Shown here: positions 33,701 to 45,983 of the stretch, one piece after another
Position numbering within the stretch: position 1 is the first letter of the stretch
Layout: each line of letters begins with the position of its first letter
From: Owenia fusiformis
Taxonomy: Eukaryota
Assembly (NCBI GenBank): GCA_903813345.2
Contig: CAIIXF020000001.1
Location: 4,650,001-4,714,000 of the forward strand
Length of the DNA stretch: 64,000 nt
Direction: 5' to 3'
Program-made: the position numbers and the translations under genes
The notes under the pieces: generated by a model
Seen by the model: the letters and a program-made list of their open reading frames with translations, nothing else
Databases searched by the model: none
What the model was told of the DNA's origin: nothing

Positions 33701-36700
33701 TGAAGAAGACATCCTTAAGAACCTCAACTGATGTGAAATCTGTCCCATTAGATATCAGAGGCTCAACCAAGCCCTGTAGCTGCAAAGGGCGAAGTACTGT
33801 GTGAAGCTATATTAGCCTTCAATGTGTTTACTGGATCAGATTCCACCAGTTCTTTTCTGAACAAAGGAAAAATAAATCAACGGAAGACAAACTATTCTTA
33901 AAGTTGCTTTCTTCAATAGGAAACAATAAAGAAATTTCTGATACCATAAATTAAAAGTTGAATTGTTCACCTGCAAAAGTACAGCAGAATTACAAAAATA
34001 ACTGCCACTAGGCCCCTAATAGATTACGAGATGAGCTGTTTCCCATGAGATACTAGTATTCTCCAAAACAGAACAGTTCTGCCCTCACTTATGAAGGTGT
34101 TGACATATCAACTCTTTCACATAAGAAGAGGGTGAATTATCATGTATGGAAACATTCCCACCAGCCTAAACCCAGCTCTACCAAGCCCATGCATGAATGA
34201 ACTGTGAATTTCCTGAAGAACCCTTAACACAAGAATGGTCAAGAAAATCCTTCCAATAGAAATTGATATTTTTGGAATTAAGAGGCAATTGAGGACGATG
34301 AAAAAAAGATGAGTAAATACAAGTTAAGAGTGTGAGAACCCGTAGAATGTAATGAGGCTATACTGTCAGACATACAAGTAAAAATGCTGAAATTAAGAGC
34401 AAAATGATAGTTTTGAGCAATTTGCTAATATGTTCTCAAATGAAGGTAAATCTGACATCAAAAATGAAGTTACCAAGACAATGAAACATGGTTACCATGG
34501 CAACCAAGTAAGTTCTAACCTCCAATGTCTAATACAATACACAAATCTAATTATTTTTTTAAGATCTAAAAGATGATACCTGTATCAATTGTGGTGGTCC
34601 AAATTTCAATAAAACCCTAGTTACCATGTTAACCAATCAAATTTCAGCTCGCAAAGTCTGACTTAATACTTAAAATCAACCATTTAGGAAGATCTGAAAA
34701 AATGAGACCTGTATTTTTTTTATTTTTTTTATTTAAGCAATTTTTTCTTGGCTGTGTCCATATAGACATTAATACCCAATTTTTTACATGGTATTAATAG
34801 GCAAATTAAGCATTTGTTAACTTCCCATGTGTGACATTCCCAGGAATGTTAGCTCCTATCGGTCTCTGACAGCCATCTCCAGATATTTACAGCTAAGCTG
34901 TAACAAGGAAAAGTTAGTTTCGGGGGGGGGGGGTAATATTTGGAGCCATATAGGAAAGTATATATCTTACACGTTTGATTCATATCTTTGAAATGAAGTA
35001 AAGGGTAATTTTTGGACAATATTTCTATTAACTGATTGATGAATGTTTTAGTGAGATCACATCTAAATAGGAAGTGTCTTGGTGTTTCTGACTCTTTTCC
35101 ACAGGCACAGGTAGGAGTAGGATGGGTGTTAAAATTATGTGAGTGGAGTTGTGAGTTTAGAAGCAGATCACATTTTAATTTATTTAAAAACATTTCTTGC
35201 TTTCTGGTAATTTTCAGAGAAACGGTTGATATAATATTATTCTTAGAGGCGAGACTTCGAATTTTTGATTTAAAAAGTTCAATGGTTTCAGATTGCTTTG
35301 TATCAGCAGAAATGTTATTCCATTCTGTTATACACTTAGGTACACAAGATCTAGACAATATAGTGCCACGTGCCCTTGGTAGTTTAAAGTCAAATCGGTT
35401 CCTGAGGTCTCTGCGATGGTCGACCTGTATCTCCATTATTCAAAAAGTTATAGTATCCATCCTATGTGGGGGCTCGAGTCTGTGAAATAGACCCCTGTAG
35501 AAGTCATGGACCCATATAAGGCCAGAATCTGGGATTCCGTGGACTGCTCTTTACATAAGATTGTAGCAAATAAATTATAGAAGTTTTCTATACACATTTT
35601 AACCCTTCCTAACACATAGGTGACAAAATAAGCATGAAATATAGATATAACACTAGAGGCAAATCAAACTTTACCCTTCCTAAGGCAAAAACCGAAAACT
35701 GGCAAAAAACAATAGCCTTAAGTGGTTCATCCATATGGAACAGTCTCCCAAAAGAAATGAAAAAGTCAAATTCAAGTTATTTTCTTAAATCAAAACTGAA
35801 GAAACATATTCTCTCAGCTTATTAATCATTGGTTGACTGTGTCACTTCTTGTTACTTCTGTAAAAAGTTAGGGTAGGCTCTCAAGGGAGGTACATGGGCC
35901 GACAAATATACCAATATACTTTACTAATTTGGAAACATTCCACGGAGTATTTTTTGAGGGTAAAATAGCCACAAAATCTAAAAGCTGAAAAACTAAGATT
36001 TAATAATCCATATATAAATGTAAAATCAAACTGGCAACATGAAGAATTATTTCCCATAAAATCTCCCCGAACGCACGCCTAAACCCCCATTTTAATACTT
36101 AAAATCAATCATGGTCTAAGATTTGAAAAAATGAGACATTATCACCCTTATTTCAAAAGTTATAGCATCCATCCAATGTTGGGGTCAGCATTTCCCTAAA
36201 ACCATGGTTACCATGGCAACCAATCATATACCAGCTCCCAAAGTATAATACAATACTATACAACCAGTCATTTACGAATATCAGAAAAATGAGACCTGTA
36301 TCTCCCTTGTTTCAAAAGTTACAGCATTCATCCAATGTGGGGGTTCGAGTCTGTGAGATAGGCCCCTGTATAAATCATGGAGCCATATAAGGCCAAAATC
36401 TGAGATTCTGTGGACTGATCTTTACATAAGATTGCTGCTAACATATTATAAAAGTTTTCTATTCACATGTATACCCTTCCTAACACACTGGTGACAAAAT
36501 ATGCAAGAAATGAATCATTCCTGAAAAATTGGCCTGGAAATTGACACCCGAAGGGTATGTTTTATCCATTTCCATGGCAACCACTTAACCATGAGATTTG
36601 AAATTTTTATGATATATTCAGTTAACCTATACCAATATACCACAGGAATTTGGAAACATTCTACTGAGTATTGTTTAAGTTATTGCCTACTTTTTATAGT

Positions 36701-39700
36701 AGGGGTACAAATTATAGCCCATGGGAGGTAAAATGGCCACAAAATCTAAAAGCTGAAAAAGTAGGATATAATAATCCATACATATATGAAAAATCATACT
36801 GGGAACATGACAAATTATGTCTTGTAAAATCATGATCTGAACGCACGCCTTGAGGCTCATTCTGACTCCACTAAAAGTACATGTGCATGTAAACCATATC
36901 TTGTAGAATTTTGTGAAGGTGAGATGTATGCATGAAAAAGTCTGCACTCATGAATGGAATTGTATTCAGTGCAAAATGTTAAAAAAGCTTTAATTTAGAT
37001 ATGATTTTAATTGCAGCTACTGCAGCTGCTGAAGACAGAATCATACAATGCCAACACTACAAAATTCAATGCTAATGCTCAATTCCATCTCGAATTTATA
37101 TCCATATGCCACATCAACAAGGTCCCTGTAATCATGCTGGACCCAGCCCTGGTACAGAACAATGTTACGACTTCATACAATCTGAGGCTTGGCCTGTTCA
37201 ACTCATCCCTAGTGTCATATGGCATCAAAAGTGATGATTTGACTCAACCTTTAATGGTAAGACTCTCATGATCGACATCATCTTTGCACACTCGGCCTTC
37301 CCTGGGACCAACAGGAGCCGAGTGTATGAAGATGGCTAAACATGGTCCATCCTTCCATGATAATCATATGTGTACAAGGAAACCACATATGCTAAACATC
37401 TTAAGATACATGCAGGACATGTATTCAATTTTCCTACCCATGCAGAGGACTAGGCTACATGACTTTTGAGAGGCAGTCTTCCAGTGTATGGTAAAACACA
37501 AAAATCATATGTATATGTCTGTATGTATATATAAACTTTATATGAATCTACATTTGTGTCAGAATCAGCATTTATCAAGTTGTTTATTGAGAATATGTAT
37601 ATACATTATACATGTATTCAGAGCTGACATCTTGTCATGTTTTCTTAGATTGTAACTTTGCTGATATGAGTTGAACGATGGCATCCATAGCAATACACTC
37701 ATACCCACAAAATTGTTAATAAATAGGCAAAATTTGGAGACAGCTGTTTAAATATTCTATATTTTTCTATTTTAGGTTAAATTGTACCATGCTCTAGCTG
37801 TAAACAACTACAACATTGCGCTACTAAAAGGCGTTGATAAAAAAGGTGAACATTATCCCTATCATGCATTCCTAAAGACTAAAGTATCAAATACAACAGC
37901 ACCATCTATAAAGCAGTGGATCCACATAGCAATCATACACCATAGACATGGCAAATATTATTGGATAGGGCCATTGCTAGAGGGGAACCATGCCAAGAAA
38001 CATCCACCAGTAAAGAGCATTAGCTTTCCAGCAGCATTTGATAGGTAGGGGAGTATTACTTGTGTATGGGACCTTCAATAATTAATGGTATACAGCATAA
38101 CATCTCTTAATTATTTGACAAGGTCTTTAAGCATGCATGGGCATAAATAGAGTGCAGTAAAACCTGGCTCATCCAGATGCCACTGAGACCAGTCAAAGAT
38201 GTTCAGATTAGCAGGTGTTCACATTTGTAGGCTTTTTAAATAAGTGAGTCATTGGAAGATAACAAATTTGTGACAGAAACAAGTGTTCAGTTGAAAAGTG
38301 CTTCATTTAGAGAAGTTCAGATTTCATAAAATACAGATTTCACTGTACTTTCTGTTTGCGGCATAAATAGATTGCTTGAACTCAAACTATACAGAGTTTG
38401 CATTTTAATATAGTTCCAATTCTTCATACAATTATCTTAATATTTTCAGTTTTGATGTTACAACCAGTGATATTCCTGGACTATACGTACCTTCATCTCC
38501 CTCCAAATATCTCTCCAATTTAAAACATTCCAAGTTCATCCCGTGCAACAGGACCCGGGCTGATGAATTCAATGCAGCCAGTAGCAAGCAAACCAGCAAA
38601 CATAATGTTGACACAACTGCCAAGAAAGCACAGCAGATTCTGCAGGCTACTAAAGCTGTGTTTGATGAAGTTGGAATGGAGTTCTGGCTTATTGGAGGTA
38701 CCCTTTTAGGTAAAGCATTTTGTTTCTCACACATGGGGCTCTATCAAGTTAAGGTATGTGGGATAAGAAACTCAGGGAACTTTAACTGGCGAGGGACTGA
38801 GTCATGCAGGTTGTCAGAAATGGCAATGACATAATGTTTTGTTGGTTCCACCGAACAGCAACTTTGTGATCTCAATTTTGTATATGGGAACTGTATCGAA
38901 ATAGCTTGGTATGTAGCTTTATTCTCATTTTGGTATAGACAATGTAGCTTTATTTATAGGTTGGTATAGACAGTGTGGTTTTATTGCTCACACTACTGAT
39001 GTAGATGTTGGTGCCTGGATTACAGATCTTAATCCAGAACTGGAGACACTCCTCAAACGCAAGGGACAACCCATCAGGCTGATGTACCACTTTGGCAAGG
39101 TAAACTTACCAAGATTGAACATAATTATCCAGATTTGCTATAGAGCCTCAAGAAGGGGGTTTAGGCACTTTTAATTGGTTCATGTGGTGCACCTATGGGA
39201 TTGCTCACTCAAAGATGTGGAGCTTAGCAATATATATCATCTACAAACCTATGCATTTCATCATTAAAATGAATGGCAGACACAATAATGTGTTAGAAAA
39301 GAGGCTTCAAAAAGTCTGTTTCAGCTTTATTTTCAATTTATTTGTTTAAAATATACATAAAAACAGTTTTCTGTTTCCAATGCCAACATGATTAATAATA
39401 ATAATGAGTGAAAACCTATTAAATTATTTTTCATCATTTTAGCCTGAAGATGGTCTAGAGTTTGCCGTTCAGGGTTTTGGTATCAAAATGGACATATGCT
39501 TCCATTATATTGAGTCCAACTACACATGGATCGGTGGAATACGTAGCCAGTCACTAGAAAAATTACGCTGGCTTTATCCCGCCAATATAACATTATGCTC
39601 TGCTGAACTATTTGAAGATCTCTATCTTGTGCCATGTGACTCCCTGGCCCATATAGAGGCTGATTATGGAGCAAATTGGATGCTTCCGGACGATAAATGG

Positions 39701-39784
39701 ATATGGGATAGTTCTCCACCAAATATGGTCGAAGCGGGAAAGTTTGCAGAGTCTGAGAGAAACAAAGTTGTGCAAATACTGTAA
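30777..39784 (+). CDS. FKTN: Fukutin-like, copy 2 (462 codons; start-codon exon not located)
   Basis: Exons 30777-30914 (ARLLYKINIALLFLVIIALCLNF, type II signal anchor), 37017-37256, 37776-38044, 38450-38709, 38960-39099, 39443-39784. All are GT-AG, in frame and stop-free; DVD motif intact. Confidence 0.9.
30918..31549. mobile_element. Tc1/mariner-type MITE inserted in a splice donor
   Basis: ~44-bp TIR CAGGGTGTCCGGAAAGTAAAGATACAAAT...; TA TSD at 30916-30917 and 31550-31551. Confidence 0.9.
33000..33190 (-). mobile_element. Possible tRNA-derived SINE remnant
   Basis: B-box-like GGTTCGATCCCC with a T-stem-like context on the minus strand at ~33169-33182; no clear A box or cloverleaf. Confidence 0.35.
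34715..35421 (-). mobile_element. 5'-truncated LINE 3' end with A-rich tail and 9-bp TSD
   Basis: ORF with CACGKESETPRHFLFRC; T-run at 34715-34733; TSD GACCTGTAT (34706-34714, 35422-35430); uninterrupted host unit at ~36290. Confidence 0.85.
35634..35825 (+). mobile_element. L2/CR1-type LINE 3'-end fragment
   Basis: YNTRGKSNFTLPKAKTE...SGSSIWNSLPKEMK...LKSKLKKHIL is a typical C-terminus for this group. Confidence 0.7.
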
Positions 39785-41793
39785 CACATGATTTGGTTTT
39801 ACTAATTATTAATATTAGTATTTCTTCCTTTCTCAAGTACATGTGTTACTTTAAAGGATAACGTCTGATTAGAGGAAATCAGAATCTGGACATAATATCA
39901 GAATTTAAAATGTGTTTTTATGATGGGGATAATAAATATTTTGGTTACTTATGCTTTTTAATAAGCCTTTGTGTAATTTAGATTTATCCATTTTGATGTC
40001 CGGCAATGTCATCACAGTTTTTGATCTCAAATATTACCAAGAATCAGACATTGTTAGAAGCATCAATGATTTCACAAAAGTGAAATCTGATGTCAAATCA
40101 TTCACTAAAAGCTTCCATTGTAAAACATTGTCACGAAAGTTAAACGAGTTGTTGATTCGAAATATGCTTCTATGAAAAGCATATCTTGGAGAATGTTTTT
40201 AAATTAATTAGGGTATGTGCTCAGTATTTTCAAAAAATATTAATTACAGATTCTTTAAAAAATATTTAAATAATGTTCAATATTTTATTGTAGTTTTAAC
40301 AACATATACATAACTACAATATGTCTTCGGGCTTCGTGGAATATCATTCCCTTGAGACTGTTCGCTGAACTATAACACGCTGAAGTAGTTGTGAAACATC
40401 TCCATTTTTATACGGTGATGTCACCAGTTTAACTGAAATGATCAGTTATAGCTCATAGTAATGTCAACAAACCCAATGCCACAGAATGGATCACCTGGAA
40501 AGGTTGTTATATGTGAAACATGCTACAGAGTGCAATGCCTTGATTCAGGTATTATGACATGACACATGTTTTCAATGCACAGTGCTTTACAATGTAGACA
40601 TACAATTATTTGTAGTAGATATCCTTCTAGTCATGGCCAATGAGGTGATTATAACCTATACATAGATGGAGCATCTATTGAACAGTGGTCATAATTGATA
40701 AATGTAAATGCCCAGAAGTCTTCCTTTTGACATATTTTTATGAACATTATATACGATTGAATTTTTTTATGCGGGTGCATGAAAGGAATGTAGAAGGAAT
40801 AAAGAGTAGAAGTTGGAAGCTATCTTATTTTCCAATTCATCAAAACTGTTGCCAACCTAAAAATTGAATAAGATAATTTTGAAATAAAGTCTGAACTGTT
40901 GAAATTTTAGAAAGTGGGTATGACATTAAATGATGTGAGCCAAAAATATTGTAAGATTTCTAAACATACTTTCAACTCTATCTCTTCTACTCCCTTTAAT
41001 GTACACTACTTGTATACTTCCAAAATAAACTAATACTATGACTACTGAAAACTTTTTACTGCATTTTTATGGCATATTTTCAAATATGTGGTTGCAAAGT
41101 GGCAAATGCCTTACTGTGAGCCATAAGTACACAAACACACAAACCAGTAATCTTAACAAACCTTTTTTATTTAAATTTAACAATTTGAAAATAATGAATA
41201 ATCTTCCCTATTTACGTATATTGTTATTTTGTAACATATTTTTATAAGCTTGGAACGTTATAGAAAATTTCTTTCTCTACTATAATACATCTTGCTGTGT
41301 TTGTAAATGCTGCCTATTAATGGGTTAAAAAAGTCAATGTTTGATATGACCCATCTTTTCCTGAATTATACGTTCAAGCTCGGCTCTGCGTTTCGAAATG
41401 ATTATCTCAATGTGCTGTTTGTTGGTTTGGGCCAAGCTATCTTGATTAAAACTAACTTGGCCAAACTTCCAATTTATACTTGCCTTAAGATCGAATATGA
41501 TAACATGATCCACATTTTGTATCCAAACTGATTGGTATCAAGTTAATTTTTTATGTCACCACCATAAGTGCTGACATATTGTTAAAGTCTCCAATTTTTC
41601 ATGGACGTCGGTTTGTGTTCGTTTTCTGTAACAAATGGCACATTGTGACATTTTGTTTGTTAATGCCTTGTTTAATATCTTAAAGGAATATGTCTCCCAA
41701 AATACTTATAATATATGTGCCTAAAATTGGGTCATAAAAGCTTTTCAAATGGCGGACAGTTCAGTTTTTGCCTTTATTAAAAAGTGGAAACCA
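36875..41793 (+). repeat. Segmental duplication, copy 2
   Basis: Colinear with ~2240-8722; lacks several MITEs present in copy 1. Confidence 0.9.
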
Positions 41794-42557
41794 TTTGTTT
41801 TTGCTGGAGTAGCTTTGTGGGTTATGTAATTGACCACTTCTGACATATTGCTTCTTTCCTGCTATTAAATATGTATACTAGTAATCATCTTGGAATTACG
41901 TAATTACTCAGTAAAGTGGTGAATTTTTTAGAAATGAATGATCTACATACCCTTAACAAATGTTCCATTTTTGGACCACTCTGTATTAGCCCAGCATGCC
42001 CAAAAACGAATCATTTTTTATATTAAGGAACATGGTTGAACTAATTGAATCAATCCTTCAAGCAGTTTGGCAGCAAATGCCCAGACGAGAAGACTGTGAC
42101 GCCGCCACCCGCCAAGCTGACGTGAATAGTGTACTTCTTTTAGGTACGGTAATTAAGAAGTCATTTGTTTGTGCGCTGCTTAGCATAGCATTTCCTAATT
42201 ATCGTTTGATTAATTGTGATTTGTTTCATTAACTTAAGATATACCATTTTAATCAAACTAGTTAAATGTTGGTTCTCTTTACTATATTCCATCACTGAAG
42301 TTCTCCAGGATGTACATCTTCAGAGATCCTGCGTCTGTACCTCGATCTGTCTCCTTTAGGGTATAGGAGTCCAACGCAATTTTGGTGGAGATTTTTACAA
42401 TATATTTGTACGTAAGAATATTTGTAATGCTATATATCTATGGTTTTAGTGCAAAAATATTCAACACATAGCTTTTGCTCCGCACTTTGAACCATATACC
42501 TTTGTCAATGGTTAAATTGCTTATTTTACCCAGAATGAATCCATTTTTTACATGTTA

Positions 42558-43073
42558 CAGGGGGGTGGTTGATGAGGGTGAGCCAAAAAGGTAACCCAAA
42601 CATGATTTAATAACCCAAATGTTGGGTTTAAATCACATTTGGGATTTTATTGAACCTTGTTCAATGTTCTTTCATTCTACTAAATTTCATCGGTCTATTC
42701 AACGGTCACGATTTTATGGGCATTTTACAAAACGTGCTCCAAATGCTGAAACCTGCCAAACGATTCACCTGTTATCTTTGTTGCTACTTATTTCAAAGAT
42801 GATGTCTACAGGAAGATGCCAGTCATGTGAGCGCGTAGTCACTAGTTAGAACAACTTCACCAGATGCGTTCAAGTTTGCCTCCAAAGACGAGATCGGTAT
42901 TTTGAGCATGTCTTGTAAAATGCTCATAAAATTATGACCGTTGTAATTAGACCAATGGAACTTGGTAGAATGAAAGAACAATAAACGAAGGAAATATGAC
43001 TTTGAACCCATAGTGAATGACTGAGTTACTAATATTTCTTTGGGTATGGGTTACATCGTTTTTGCCCACCCTG
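42558..43073. mobile_element. Old Tc1/mariner-type MITE with long imperfect inverted arms
   Basis: TA|CAGGG...CCCTG|TA; arms 42623-42745 and 42898-43010 are reverse complements. Confidence 0.6.
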
Positions 43074-44195
43074 TACATGGCATGAGTGACATAAACACAA
43101 ACAATTGAATTATTTATAATTTTATAACACATTTTTATTGCATAATTTTTCAATCCACAATTGCTATGAACACATGAAACAAAACTATCCAACATATAAA
43201 ACAGTATGTATTCAGTTGATTTTTGACTCTTAGAATATGAATATTCAAATACTAGAAGCAGTAATAGTATGCGGCGGCAAGTTCGTGCATTTGTGCTAGT
43301 ATTTTGTAAATGGCGAATTGGACTTCTCAGAGTTGTGATTGGCGTTGGAATGAAATCCTCGGGTATATACAGATGTAGGTTGAACAATTGCTTAGAAATG
43401 ATGATCATTTAAGCAGCATTCTATAATCTACAGTGTTGATTGTTGTTGTGACAGGCCAGTAAATGCAGTTATGTACAAAACTTACAAATGCTCGCACAAT
43501 TATATATTTACATCATACGAAACCATATAATTAGGACGCTTGTAGTCCAAATCACCTTTTCTGTATGTCAATCAAACTTAAAAATTAACTAATCGAAGGA
43601 CCACAACCGTGCAATATCATAAACAAAAATACATGCTTATTTTTCATATTATTTTCATTTGCTGTAAACATCGTGGCCTCCTGTGATTTAGGGAATTTTC
43701 GAAAATAAAAAAGGAAGCAGGAAAGCATCAAAATCCAAGATATAAAAAAGTTTTGAGATTAAAATTTGAATGCTTTTTCCATGTAATATTGCACCATGGT
43801 CCTTTGACTGGTTATATTTTGTTGACTGATGCACAGAACAAGTGGTTGGGGCACGTACTGAGATCAGTTCCAATACATTGAAATCCATTACTTACTGCTA
43901 TAATACAAGTAGTCGGGTTTATTTTATTTTCAAAGGCTTTCAAAAATCAAATAAATTCCGACTACGACAGATTTATATATTTTAAGCCATGGTCTACAAG
44001 ATGGAAGTTTAAATTTGAGATAATGTGGGGTAGTTCATAATCACCAAGGGTTATTTCAAATCTTGATGAAGCTTGGAACAAGCAAAGGGAACCATGTTTT
44101 TGTTGAATGACGTTAGTCCATGACTTCCATCGGCCGTGCCTTATTGCGGTGGATTACAAGAGGCATTGTCTGGTTTAGAAGTGACCACGAATACG

Positions 44196-45983
44196 CTATC
44201 CCCCCATAACTGGAGGTGTATCTTTCATAATAGCTCCATATACAACCCAATATACAATATTAAACAGCAGAAAACTACATGGAAATATTTTTCTTGAACG
44301 TTTATCTATCATTCGTGCTTTTCTTTTACCGTCCCAATCGGGCATTGTCGCTTTCATTTGTTTTGTACTATTTCCCGAGGATTCCTAAAATACAGAAAAC
44401 AGATATTCACCATACTTCGATCAGAAATCAATTCAAGACTGTAATGTGATGGTGATGGTAAACATATGGTAAAAGAGAAGGCCGACACGATAAGTTTCAA
44501 ATGCATATGCACATGTTAGCAATACTACAATATACAAACTATTCTAACGTACATCACCAGATCCCATATTGTCGGCCTTTCTGCTACCAATCATTCCGGC
44601 AAGTTGTTTTCTCCTCATCCTCATGTTCATGTTGAAGCTTGTACTCTGTGTCTGCTTCCGGGACATAACATTCACCACTGCATATTCCAATAGAGATGAG
44701 AATACAAAGATGAGGCATACGCTCATCCATACATCTATTGCCTTGATGTAGGAGACACGAGGCAAAGAGGATCTGGCTCCTGAACTTTGTGTGGTTGTTG
44801 TTAATACAGTCAACAAACCTTCAAGTAAAAGTTATATTAATGTGAATTCGTAAAAACCATTTGTCCAATATTTCAAACATTACCATTATTTAAGTAAGTA
44901 AATATTATATATTTGCAAAACAATTTAATGAGGACAATACATACATGTATACCAGAACTTTTGGGTATGACTGTTGCGAATGTCTGAATGAATGGAGGGT
45001 GTGTGAAAGTGATTTAATATTTTATCTTTGCCTTGTGTATTATTTCATGTTTGATTTAATAAAAAAATTATTTAAGAAAGTCATGTTTACAGAGAGTTCT
45101 TGCTCCAAAGCCCCGTACCTCATATTCCCCCGCTCTATGACAGAGAGGGTATGGGGTTACAAGGCCTCGAAGAAAAACTAAGCATAGAGCTACTCTATCG
45201 ATTAAGTAGACGTTATATACTTAATCAATTTATTTATGTGTGTATGTTCATGCTCTTGAAAGCCCATGGTTTCATCAAAATGTTGTTTCTAAGACTTTTT
45301 TAATTGTTCATTTGATTAGTGTTTTGAGATATTGTGCAGGAAAATACAATATTGATGCAATTCTCCTCCATGCTTTAACTGCCACATGCTTTTAAACATC
45401 ACATTGGAAATATGCAATACAGGTAAACGTATGTACCTATAGTGACTCTGGCTGGTACAGCATCAACATTAATCCAGAATCCAACCCAGGAGAGAATTAC
45501 AATGAGCCAACTGGGCATATAAATCTGAATTATGTAGTAGCCCAAGTCCCGCTTCAGTTCGAAGTTGATCTGGAGACAAGGATAAGCACCTAAAATAATG
45601 ACAGCATATTTATTTGTTGCGGACCAGTTTTACAATTGAACTCCATAAACTCTCTAATCGTGCATATGCAAGCTCGTATATGTGAATATGTTAATCATTT
45701 TCAGACACTGTTTCTTTGTACATTATTTGGGATATTTGAGATTTGTTTCCTTATACCCAGTCGTACTCTTAATATGGGTGTTTAAACAATCCCTTCCTAT
45801 CTGTGTTTATAATGCTTTTTTGTGAGAGTTGTGGTTACATATTTTCCCTACCCGTGCTATAGTTTTGTGAGCAGTCAATGAGATGGGATTTGATGAGACG
45901 AAACTGTGGCATCTCCAGATGATCCTCGGTTGCTACAGGGGTATCCCACCAATTAAAGTAAAGTGTGCTCTTGGTGTAACCAA
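44196..45983 (-). CDS. 3' cassette B (loop B to M4 and stop)
   Basis: Exons 45983-45852 ([18 protein letters not shown]), 45589-45437 ([14 protein letters not shown]), 44818-44553 ([12 protein letters not shown]3), 44384-44196 ([21 protein letters not shown]). AATAAA on the minus strand at 43923-43918. Confidence 0.92.

Larger units (their letters stand above)
32043..36600. repeat. Complex repeat block: ~190-bp unit in inverted and direct copies, plus GGTTACCATGGCAAC-type units
   Basis: 32043-32230 is the reverse complement of ~35422-35610 and ~36290-36483; (G)TT(A/T)CCATG(G/T)(C/T)AACC motifs near 34491, 34620, 36206 and 36570. Confidence 0.65.

Noticed and set aside
33400-34330. Possible decayed LINE coding sequence on the minus strand
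   Set aside because: I could not read diagnostic motifs with confidence.
42240-42400. GC-richer patch checked as a third receptor cassette
   Set aside because: No Cys-loop receptor motifs in the minus-strand frames I read.
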